The position numbers and the translations under genes are program-made. The notes under the pieces are model-generated. The model worked only from the letters and a program-made list of their open reading frames with translations. It ran no database searches and was not told the origin of the DNA. From NCBI GenBank assembly GCA_016282415.1, contig JAEEKO010000002.1:1-40557 (forward strand): 40,557 nt of DNA. The letters are read 5' to 3'. Each line of letters opens with the position of its first letter. Positions within the stretch are counted from its first letter, which is position 1. This document shows positions 17,385-25,819 of this stretch, piece after piece. The DNA comes from Bacillales bacterium (GTDB taxonomy: Bacteria; Bacillota_I; Bacilli_A; RF39; UBA660).

Positions 17385-17415
17385 ATCTCCCAAATTCACG
17401 AAGGGGGATTTTTTT

Positions 17416-18489
17416 ATGAATAATATGGTTATTAAAACCGATGATGGCAAAAAACAAGCTAAAAAAGGCAGAATGTTCTGGAACGTTTTAGATATCACTG
17501 CTGCTGTTGGTGCAATTGCTATTGCATTAACAACAATTGGTGGTTGTGTAAGTAACCGTAACACTGTTACTACTGCTGGTGATGATAATAACGAACCAAC
17601 AATTGAACAAACAACTGATAACATTACAACAACTGCAGATGTAACAGTTACAACTGATAATACAGTTACTGAAACAACTGTTGTTGAACCAGAAGTATCA
17701 ATTGATGAATTAATCGCTGAAGAATTATCTAAATTTGATGGTGGTAATTCAACAATTTCCGCTGAAGATTATGAATTCATGTTAAATTATGTTAATGATA
17801 ATCTTTATGAACCAATCGAAAATGATAATGTTGCAAATTCATTTGTTGCACCTGCCGTTCAATCATTAGTAATGCATGATATAACAAACTTTACAAATGG
17901 TGTTGATGACGGATCTTACTCAGTTGGAAACTTTAGTTTCAACAATTTAGTATTAGAAAACACTATTACTAAAGAAAAAGTTGCAGACCTAGAAGTTTTA
18001 AGAGCTGGTATGTTAGGTGAAGATCCAGAAGTACAAAAAGCATCTGCTAAGCAAGTATTATATATCTTACATCAAATTGCTAGACAAGTTACAAATACAA
18101 AAGAAACTATCTTAATTGATGGCCAAGAATATAATGGAGTTACAATTAACGGAACAACATTTGATAAATATTATCAAACAGAGTTCTATGAATTAAATGA
18201 TGCATCTGATCAAGTATTATACTTAACAGATTTATACTCATTAACTCCACTTTGTAAAGCTATCTTAGGCGATAATGTTACACTTACAACTATTGTAAAA
18301 ATTGATGGCCAAGAAGTTCCAGCAGATTTTACATTTGAAGATACATATAATGCAATCTACGTTGATGGTTGTGGTGAAACTGATGAAAACGGTATTGAAA
18401 TGAATTTATATTCATCTGTAATCGATGAATCAGTAAAATCAAATAACAGATCACTTGAAAATAAAGGTTATAGTATTATTTTAAAATAA
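17416..18489 (+). CDS. Putative lipoprotein, 357 aa, Thr-rich linker, unknown function
   Basis: ATG 17416 lies behind GAAGGGGGA-T7. The track start at 17356 is the TTG of the P3 -35. Signal/lipobox ...AVGAIAIALTTIGG-C, then a T/N/D-rich linker. Confidence 0.7.
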   Translation: MNNMVIKTDDGKKQAKKGRMFWNVLDITAAVGAIAIALTTIGGCVSNRNTVTTAGDDNNEPTIEQTTDNITTTADVTVTTDNTVTETTVVEPEVSIDELIAEELSKFDGGNSTISAEDYEFMLNYVNDNLYEPIENDNVANSFVAPAVQSLVMHDITNFTNGVDDGSYSVGNFSFNNLVLENTITKEKVADLEVLRAGMLGEDPEVQKASAKQVLYILHQIARQVTNTKETILIDGQEYNGVTINGTTFDKYYQTEFYELNDASDQVLYLTDLYSLTPLCKAILGDNVTLTTIVKIDGQEVPADFTFEDTYNAIYVDGCGETDENGIEMNLYSSVIDESVKSNNRSLENKGYSIILK

Positions 18490-18502
18490 TTTATAGGGGG
18501 TT

Positions 18503-20092
18503 ATGAATATGGAAAACAAAAGAATTAATTGGATTAAAATTGGTATTGAAGTTTTAGCCGTATTTGTATTTATCTTATTATTAGTTTGGTTATTCCCATT
18601 TGGTAGTAAGAAAGATAACAAAGGTTCTAACTTTGGTGATAATTTTGATACATATCGTGAAAGTGCAAGAAAATATTACACTGAAAAGAATTTACCAGCT
18701 GATTCAGAAAAATTAACATTACAAGATTTAATTGATAAAAAAGCTGTAAAGAAATTATATGATAAAACTGGTAAATCATGTGACACTGAAAAGAGTTACA
18801 CTAGAATTACAAAAATTACTGATAATGAATATCAATTAAGAATTGATTTAACTTGTGGTAATGAGTCTGATTATGTATTAGAAACTATTAAATTCGAAAC
18901 TAAAAACGATGATAATAAAGATAATACAAACAACAATACTGCAAATAACAATTCAAATAATAACGGTTATAGCAATACAATTGCTAAAACTAAATTAACT
19001 CAATATAGATATTACAAAAAAGAAGTTATTAAAAATACAACTTATAAATGTGAAGATGGTTACATCTTAGATGGTAAGTACTGTGTTAAGGCTTCTAAGA
19101 ATACAGCTAAAGCTACTGAAAAATATTCAGAAGAAAAAACTTTAACTATGGAAGCTACTAAAAACGTAGGTGGTACACAAACTATCTATGCTGACGTTAT
19201 TGTTTCTAATGGTAACCCACAAGTTTATTGTGAAAAAGGTACATTAGGCGCTGATAATAAATGTCATTCAAAAGGTACAACTCAAATTGATGCTGAAGCA
19301 ACAACAAGAACATGGTGTGATAATGGTGATACTCCAAGTGGTAACAAATGTATTCATTCATATGAAGACTCATATGCTGCTACTGAAACTAAATCATATA
19401 GTGATTGGAAATACAGTCATTCAATTGATGTAACATCACCAAAAGCAAGAAATGATAATACTGATTACGCTTTAAAAGGTACATATCTTAAAAATGAATG
19501 TACTACTTCAAGTACATGTATCAATTATGTAACTCATTATAAATATGATGTATACACAAGATCAATTATTACTAACTACAGTTGTCCAAACGGTGGAACT
19601 CAACGTAATGGTAGATGTTATATAGGTAAAACTAGTGAATATGATATTCATAGATCTACAGATTACTATTGTAAAGATGGTTCTACTCCAGTAAATAAAA
19701 AATGTACAATTACAACTGATATTCCTTATGATCCAGTTATTACTTATACAAAAGAATATAAATGTCCAGAAGGATATGATTCTATAGGATCAGGAACATC
19801 AATGGTATGTTATAAACAAGTAAAAGACAATGATACTTATTATTGTTCAGATGCTTCTTATACATTAGATACTAAAACAAATAAATGTTACAAGAAAGTT
19901 CCAAGAGAACTTATTGGATATGATTGTCCATCAGGATATACTTTAAATGGTACTATGTGTTATGGTAACGCTGAAAGAATTCCTGCAAAACCATGGACTA
20001 TTTGTACAATCGTTACTTCTTATACATGGAATTCTAAAACTGTATTAGAAGGTTGGACAAGAACTGAAGGAACAAGAGTTATTGAAATATAA
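18503..20092 (+). CDS. Membrane-anchored extracytoplasmic Cys-rich repeat protein (21 Cys)
   Basis: N-terminal TM (IGIEVLAVFVFILLLVWLF), Asn-rich linker, then repeated C-x(7-15)-C units such as KCEDGYILDGKYC. The start may be the second ATG at 18509, which has better spacing to AGGGGG. Confidence 0.7.
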   Translation: MNMENKRINWIKIGIEVLAVFVFILLLVWLFPFGSKKDNKGSNFGDNFDTYRESARKYYTEKNLPADSEKLTLQDLIDKKAVKKLYDKTGKSCDTEKSYTRITKITDNEYQLRIDLTCGNESDYVLETIKFETKNDDNKDNTNNNTANNNSNNNGYSNTIAKTKLTQYRYYKKEVIKNTTYKCEDGYILDGKYCVKASKNTAKATEKYSEEKTLTMEATKNVGGTQTIYADVIVSNGNPQVYCEKGTLGADNKCHSKGTTQIDAEATTRTWCDNGDTPSGNKCIHSYEDSYAATETKSYSDWKYSHSIDVTSPKARNDNTDYALKGTYLKNECTTSSTCINYVTHYKYDVYTRSIITNYSCPNGGTQRNGRCYIGKTSEYDIHRSTDYYCKDGSTPVNKKCTITTDIPYDPVITYTKEYKCPEGYDSIGSGTSMVCYKQVKDNDTYYCSDASYTLDTKTNKCYKKVPRELIGYDCPSGYTLNGTMCYGNAERIPAKPWTICTIVTSYTWNSKTVLEGWTRTEGTRVIEI

Positions 20093-20111
20093 TAACTCTT
20101 TTTTCATGCCA

Positions 20112-20145
20112 TAAAAAAATTCTTAAAGATATTTCTTTAAGAATT
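20112..20145 (-). terminator. uvrA terminator overlapping its last codons
   Basis: 11-bp stem AATTCTTAAAG / CTTTAAGAATT with a 6-nt loop, then T7 on the minus strand. The stop codon 20123..20125 lies in the stem. Confidence 0.7.
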
Positions 20146-22927
20146 CTCCAGTATATGACTCTTTAACTTTAGCAATTTCTTCTGGAGTTCCAGTAGCAAC
20201 AATCTCGCCACCACCTGAACCACCATTAGGTCCTAAATCAATAATATAATCAGCTACTTTAATAACATCTAAATTATGTTCAATAACTATCACCGTATCA
20301 CCATTATCAACAATACGATTTAAGATGTCTAATAATTTTTTAATATCATCTACATGTAATCCAGTAGTTGGTTCGTCTAGAATAAAGACACTCTTACCAG
20401 TAGGTTTCTTTTGTAATTCCTTGGCTAGTTTTACTCTTCCCGCTTCACCACCAGATAAAGTTGGAGCACTTTGACCTAATTCAACATAAGATAATCCAAC
20501 ATCCATCATTATTTGTAGTTTATTCTTAATCTTAGGAACGCTATCAAAGAATTCATAAGCTTCGCTGACACGCATTTTCAATACGTCAGCGATATTTTTA
20601 TTCTTAAATTTAACTTCCAATGTTTCACGATTATATCTTGTTCCCTTACATACTTCACAAGGGACGTAAACATCCGGAAGGAAATTCATTTCAATTTTCT
20701 TAACTCCGTCCCCCCAACAAGCTTCACAACGTCCACCTTTAACATTGAATGAGAAACGGTCTTTACCATAACCACGCATCTTTGATTCTTTCATATTAGC
20801 ATATAAATCACGAATATCATCAAATACACCAACATAAGTTGCCGGATTACTACGTGGCGTTCTACCAATTGGATCTTGTGTAATATGAACAACTTTATCG
20901 ATATTATCTAATCCTCTAATTTCTTTACAATCACCAACAATGGTTTTAGAACCATAAACAGATTTAGCTAAAGCATTATATAAAATATCATTAACTAAAG
21001 TTGATTTACCGCTACCCGAAACACCGGTTATACATACAAATTTACCTAACGGGAACTTAACGTTAATATTCTTTAAGTTATGTTCTTTAGCACCTTTAAC
21101 TTCTAAATATAAACCATTCCCCTTACGACGTTTTTTAGGCACTGGAATATTTAACTCGCCCGTTAAATATTTACCAGTTAAACTATTTTTATTTTTCATA
21201 ACTTCTTCTGGGGTTCCACAAGCTATTAATTCACCACCAAAATCACCAGCTCCTGGTCCAATATCAACTAAATAATCACTAGCTAACATCGTATCAGTAT
21301 CATGCTCAACAACAATTAAAGTATTACCTAAATCGCGCATTTCTTTTAATGAATTAATTAGTTTTTCATTATCTTTTTGATGTAATCCAATACTAGGTTC
21401 ATCTAATACGTATAAAACCCCACTTAATTTACTACCAATTTGGGTTGCTAAACGAATACGTTGGGCTTCCCCACCTGATAAGGTTCCAGCACTACGATTA
21501 AGTGAAATATAACCTAAACCAACATTATTTAAGAACTCTAAACGATTAGATATTTCTTTTATTAATAAATTACTAATTTGCGTTTGTTCTTTATTTAATT
21601 TTAAGTTGTTAATAAATTCGTATAACTCACTAATACTCATACAAGTAAAATCATAAATATTCTTATTATTAATAAAGACATTTAAGATTTCTTCGCGTAA
21701 TCTAGCACCATGACACACTGGACATACAGATTCAACCATAAATCCATCAATCCAGTCTCTAATCCATTGTCCAGTAGTTTCAATATAACGACGCTCTAAA
21801 TTAGTAATTATTCCTTCAAAATAATCCGTTTTAGTTCTAGTATTACCATTCTTAGATACATAATTAAATTCTAGTGGTTCCGAAGAGCCATATAAAATAT
21901 AATCTAATTTATCATGAGGAATATTTTTAATTGGAGCATCTAAATCAATGTTGTAATGTTCTGCTACCGTTTCAATCTCGGTTGTTAAAATATTTTGATC
22001 AACACTAAATGATTTAATAGCACCTTCACGAATAGATTTAGTTTTATCCGGAATTAATAAATCTTCACTAATGGTCTTTTTAACCCCTAGCCCATTACAT
22101 TCCGGACATGCTCCGAATGGTGAATTAAAGGAAAACATTCTGGTTTCTAATTTAGCAATTGAGTAATTACACTTAATACAAGCATAATTCTCACTCATAA
22201 ATACTTCTTCGCCACCAATGATATTAAATAAAACCATCCCATTAGCTAGTTTAGCAGCATTTTCGATTGATTCAAAGATACGGCTGCGTTCACTATCTTT
22301 AACAATAACACGGTCAACTACCACTTCAATAGTGTCTTTTTTGTTCTTTTCTAATTTAATATCTTCACTTAAATCAAAAACTTCACCATTAACACGAACT
22401 CTTGAATAACCTTTACTTCTTAAATCATCAATTACGCTTTGGTGAGTACCCTTCTCACCACGAACAATTGGTGCCATAATTTCAATCTTGGTACCTTCTT
22501 CATAATCCATAATTTTATTAGTCATTTCTTCAATACTTTGACTCTTAATTGGAATGTGGTGATTTTTACAATATGGCGTACCAATACGGGCAAATAAAAG
22601 GCGTAGATAATCATAAATTTCCGTTACGGTACCAACCGTACTACGGGGATTATTATTAGTACTTTTTTGATCAATAGAGATACTTGGACTTAATCCTTCA
22701 ATAGAATCAACATCGGGTTTAGAAGTGCCACCTAAAAATTGACGTGCATAACTGGATAAACTTTCAACATATCTTCTTTGACCTTCAGCATAAATAGTAT
22801 CGAATGCTAAAGAAGACTTACCACTTCCTGATACGCCTGTCATTACAATTAATTTATTTTTAGGTAACTCTAAATCAATATTTTTTAAATTATTTTCACG
22901 AGCACCTCTAATTATGATTTTATCCAT
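20123..22927 (-). CDS. uvrA: Excinuclease ABC subunit A
   Basis: MDKIIIRGARENNLKNI..., two ABC modules (GVSGSGKSSL, GVSGSGKSTL, LSGGEAQR, LSGGEAGR) and zinc fingers (CPECNGLG, CEACWGDG). Start at ATG 22927 behind AGGTGA; the track start at 22936 is GTG. Confidence 0.96.
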   Translation of the reverse strand: MDKIIIRGARENNLKNIDLELPKNKLIVMTGVSGSGKSSLAFDTIYAEGQRRYVESLSSYARQFLGGTSKPDVDSIEGLSPSISIDQKSTNNNPRSTVGTVTEIYDYLRLLFARIGTPYCKNHHIPIKSQSIEEMTNKIMDYEEGTKIEIMAPIVRGEKGTHQSVIDDLRSKGYSRVRVNGEVFDLSEDIKLEKNKKDTIEVVVDRVIVKDSERSRIFESIENAAKLANGMVLFNIIGGEEVFMSENYACIKCNYSIAKLETRMFSFNSPFGACPECNGLGVKKTISEDLLIPDKTKSIREGAIKSFSVDQNILTTEIETVAEHYNIDLDAPIKNIPHDKLDYILYGSSEPLEFNYVSKNGNTRTKTDYFEGIITNLERRYIETTGQWIRDWIDGFMVESVCPVCHGARLREEILNVFINNKNIYDFTCMSISELYEFINNLKLNKEQTQISNLLIKEISNRLEFLNNVGLGYISLNRSAGTLSGGEAQRIRLATQIGSKLSGVLYVLDEPSIGLHQKDNEKLINSLKEMRDLGNTLIVVEHDTDTMLASDYLVDIGPGAGDFGGELIACGTPEEVMKNKNSLTGKYLTGELNIPVPKKRRKGNGLYLEVKGAKEHNLKNINVKFPLGKFVCITGVSGSGKSTLVNDILYNALAKSVYGSKTIVGDCKEIRGLDNIDKVVHITQDPIGRTPRSNPATYVGVFDDIRDLYANMKESKMRGYGKDRFSFNVKGGRCEACWGDGVKKIEMNFLPDVYVPCEVCKGTRYNRETLEVKFKNKNIADVLKMRVSEAYEFFDSVPKIKNKLQIMMDVGLSYVELGQSAPTLSGGEAGRVKLAKELQKKPTGKSVFILDEPTTGLHVDDIKKLLDILNRIVDNGDTVIVIEHNLDVIKVADYIIDLGPNGGSGGGEIVATGTPEEIAKVKESYTGEFLKKYL

Positions 22928-23032
22928 AAATATCACCTAAACGCCCTTATTTTAACAAAAAAGAATCATTATTTCAATAATAGTATAGGAATAAATAACA
23001 ATTACATACATAGATTTAAATGAGGTGATAAA

Positions 23033-23329
23033 ATGAATCAAAATTACTACCCTAATTCCAGTTATTTAAATGATGGTGAACAAAGTTATATTGAAAATAT
23101 CTTAAGATTAAATAAAGGAAAAATGGTTAATGCATACTTCTCTTTTCCCGATAGTGATGCCTGGCGTAATAAAATATTTACCGGAATCATTAAAGAAGCC
23201 GGTAAAGACCATTTAATTATTGAAAATCCTGAAACTAAAAAAGTATATATGATTTTATTAATCTACTTAAATTACGTTGAGTTTATGGATAATATTAACT
23301 ATAAATACCCATATGTTAATAATAATTAA
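23033..23329 (+). CDS. gerQ: GerQ-like spore coat protein (short form)
   Basis: 98 aa. EQSYIENILRLNKGK...AGKDHLIIENPETKKVYMILLIYLNYVEF matches my memory of the GerQ/YwdL conserved core. Recalled pattern only. Confidence 0.55.
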   Translation: MNQNYYPNSSYLNDGEQSYIENILRLNKGKMVNAYFSFPDSDAWRNKIFTGIIKEAGKDHLIIENPETKKVYMILLIYLNYVEFMDNINYKYPYVNNN

Positions 23330-23389
23330 TAAGCTATTCCCATCTTATTAATAATTTGCTATAATTATTAATAGTAGAGGTGCAGACAA

Positions 23390-23932
23390 ATGGTAAAAGT
23401 CTTTATAATTGTAACAGTTATATTAATAGTTTTTGCATTAGTAATGTTATATATATCTAAATACAATTTAATGCAATATTTTATTACTAAAATTGATACT
23501 GCGGAAAGTATTATTGATGAAACTTTAAGAACTCGTTATGATTTATTAAATAAAATGTCTAAAATAATTAAAAGCAAGGTTAAATCAACGAAAGATTATT
23601 TTAAACAATATGAGAAAAAAGAGGAAAATATTTCAAATTTTGATTTTGATCGTCGTTTAACTGAATACTTAACATTATGTGAATCTGTCGTTCATGATCA
23701 TACTGTATTAGAAAATAATAAAGATATTGAAATATTATTTAATGAACTTAAGAATAATGAAGAAAAATTAGTTGCTACTAAAAATTATTATAATCGTGAA
23801 ACTACCGAATTAAATATTTTAGTTCGTCGTTTCCCAACCAATATCATTGCTAAAATTCATCGTATTAAGATTCATACTTACTTTGATGGTAAAGATTTAA
23901 CTGATGATATTGTTGATGATTTTAAAATGTAA
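23390..23932 (+). CDS. lemA: LemA family protein
   Basis: N-terminal TM. YNLMQY...TRYDLL...ATKNYYNRETTELNILVRRFPTNIIA follows the LemA pattern. Confidence 0.8.
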   Translation: MVKVFIIVTVILIVFALVMLYISKYNLMQYFITKIDTAESIIDETLRTRYDLLNKMSKIIKSKVKSTKDYFKQYEKKEENISNFDFDRRLTEYLTLCESVVHDHTVLENNKDIEILFNELKNNEEKLVATKNYYNRETTELNILVRRFPTNIIAKIHRIKIHTYFDGKDLTDDIVDDFKM

Positions 23933-23960
23933 AAGCTATCAATTACTTGATAGCTTTTTT
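23931..23960. terminator. Bidirectional terminator between lemA and ung
   Basis: 12-bp stem AAAAGCTATCAA / TTGATAGCTTTT with loop TTAC. Confidence 0.75.
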
Positions 23961-23961
23961 A

Positions 23962-24621
23962 TTACCATTTTATTTGATAATCATAATCTTTTTCTAAATA
24001 ATTATTAATTTTACTAAATGGTTTTGATCCAAAGAAACCACGATTAGCACTTAATGGCGATGGATGAACCGATTTAATTATATAATGAATCGGATTATTA
24101 ATTAATTTTTCTTTAGATATGGCATAATTACCCCATAAAACAAATATTACGGGTGTTTTTCGTTCATTTAGTTTAGTTATAACCAAATCACTAAACTCTT
24201 GCCATCCAATGTCTTTATGGCTTCCTGGAGTATCTTTTGTAACAGTTAAAACTGCATTTAGTAATAACACTCCTTGATTAACCCAATCCGTTAAATCCGT
24301 TTTACTTCTTTCAATCCCAACATCATCTTTTAATTCTTTAAAAATATTACGTAATGATGGTGGCATTTTAATTCCTTCTCGAACAGAAAAAGCTAAACCA
24401 TGAGCTTCGCCTTCACCATGGTAAGGATCCTGACCAATGATAACTACCTTAACATCTTCATACTTTAAACTATTTAAAGCATTAAAAATATTATGATATT
24501 CTGGGTAACATATGTTACTATTGTATAAATTATCAACTTTATGCATTAAGTTTTTATAAGCATTACTATTCAAGTAATCCTTTAATATTACATCCCAACC
24601 ATTATTTAACACCATTACCAC
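23962..24621 (-). CDS. ung: Uracil-DNA glycosylase
   Basis: VIIGQDPYHGEGEAHGLAFSV, LLLNAVLTV and HPSPLSA motifs. Exact start uncertain (GTG 24621, ATG 24615 or GTG 24612). Confidence 0.93.
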   Translation of the reverse strand: MVMVLNNGWDVILKDYLNSNAYKNLMHKVDNLYNSNICYPEYHNIFNALNSLKYEDVKVVIIGQDPYHGEGEAHGLAFSVREGIKMPPSLRNIFKELKDDVGIERSKTDLTDWVNQGVLLLNAVLTVTKDTPGSHKDIGWQEFSDLVITKLNERKTPVIFVLWGNYAISKEKLINNPIHYIIKSVHPSPLSANRGFFGSKPFSKINNYLEKDYDYQIKW

Positions 24622-25059
24622 CTACTTATGATATGATTCATTATTAATAATTTTAAATGAACGATATATTTGTTCTAATAAAATACCACGAAATAAACCA
24701 TGTGGATAAGTTAATTTTGAAAAACTTAATAACAAATCAGCGCGATTCTTAACACTATCATCTATTCCGGTTGATGACCCAATCACAAACGTTATTGTTG
24801 GATTAGTTATAAAAGTTTTATCAATTAATGTTGATAATTCCACAGAATCTATTTGTTTACCTTCTGGAGTACAAGCAATAACATAATCACGGTTATCAAT
24901 GTATTTCATAATATTTATTGCTTCTTCAGTTAAATTATCGGTATCTTTTAATTCAATTATCTCGATTTTGTGATATTTATTAATTCTTTTTAAATAATCA
25001 TTTATTAAATCATTTAAATAAGTTTCTTTTATTTTACCTAAACAAATTATTTTAATCAT
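24622..25059 (-). CDS. rlmH: 23S rRNA (pseudouridine1915-N3)-methyltransferase RlmH
   Basis: 145 aa SPOUT protein. MIKIICLGKIKETYL... and C-terminal LSFSKLTYPHGLFRGILLEQIYR. Confidence 0.88.
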   Translation of the reverse strand: MIKIICLGKIKETYLNDLINDYLKRINKYHKIEIIELKDTDNLTEEAINIMKYIDNRDYVIACTPEGKQIDSVELSTLIDKTFITNPTITFVIGSSTGIDDSVKNRADLLLSFSKLTYPHGLFRGILLEQIYRSFKIINNESYHK

Positions 25060-25819
25060 GATATACCTCAGTTATTTCATCTTTATTAGCACATACAAAG
25101 TTATCAAACATATTACCATACTCCTTAAAAACCGTTCTTACCGTTTCTAATGCAATGGCTTCCGTATTATTATGACGTGAAAGATGGGCTAAAACAACTT
25201 TTTTGGTGTTATCACCCACCATTTTTGCTAAATAAATTGATGCTTCCTTATTTGATAAATGCCCTTTAGGTCCCACAATGCGGGCTTTTAGATAATCCGG
25301 ATAAGGGCCATTGATAATCATTTCAATGTCATGATTACTTTCAAAAATATAGTAATCTGCGTCTCTTAGGATGTTTAAATACTTTATATTCAAATAACCC
25401 GTATCTGTTATTTGAACAACCCTTTTACCTTCAATATTAAAGATAAAACCATGACTATCAACCGCATCATGTGATGTATTAATTAATTCTACCGAAAAAT
25501 CATCAAATTTTAGAATACTATCATCTAAATAGGCAAAATTATCATAATAACGAATTGCTTCTAAATCATTTAACATATTTTCGGTAATATATACTGCTGG
25601 ATTAATCTTTTTTAATAGCACTGGTAAACTTTCCGTATGATCTTTATGAGTATGTGAAAGAAAAATAAGGTCGATATCAGCAATATCGACACCTATTTCA
25701 TTCAATTTACCAGTTAAGTATTTTGTATTACGACCAGCATCTAAAAGAATTTTATGATTATGAGTTTCAATATAAGTTGAATTCCCTTCAGAACCACTAG
25801 CTAAAACATATACTTTCAT
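25052..25819 (-). CDS. MBL-fold metallo-hydrolase (YycJ/WalJ-like)
   Basis: HTHKDH motif. Position upstream of rlmH as in Bacillus yycJ. 8-nt overlap with rlmH. Confidence 0.8.
   Translation of the reverse strand: MKVYVLASGSEGNSTYIETHNHKILLDAGRNTKYLTGKLNEIGVDIADIDLIFLSHTHKDHTESLPVLLKKINPAVYITENMLNDLEAIRYYDNFAYLDDSILKFDDFSVELINTSHDAVDSHGFIFNIEGKRVVQITDTGYLNIKYLNILRDADYYIFESNHDIEMIINGPYPDYLKARIVGPKGHLSNKEASIYLAKMVGDNTKKVVLAHLSRHNNTEAIALETVRTVFKEYGNMFDNFVCANKDEITEVYHD

Noticed and set aside
17403-17415. G5-T7 tract between the RBS and the ATG of the lipoprotein gene as a phase-variation switch
   Set aside because: The homopolymers are short (5 and 7 nt), and such tracts are frequent in this AT-rich genome. 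There is no evidence of variability.
17295-17624. 109-aa minus-strand ORF, and the N-terminal 20 codons of track ORF 17356..18489
   Set aside because: The minus-strand ORF is antisense to the lipoprotein signal peptide and promoter P3. The plus-strand ORF's apparent start is the TTG of the P3 -35 hexamer; the real start is ATG 17416 behind GAAGGGGGA.
22218-22409. 63-aa ORF antisense in uvrA; likewise 25845..26030 and 25974..26210 inside the M23 peptidase gene
   Set aside because: These are embedded in or antisense to well-supported genes and have no start-site signals.
22928-23032. LexA (Cheo) box near uvrA; also 32045..32173 upstream of the uvrB operon
   Set aside because: No GAAC-N4-GTTC. 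The closest sequence, AGAATCATTATTTC, does not fit.
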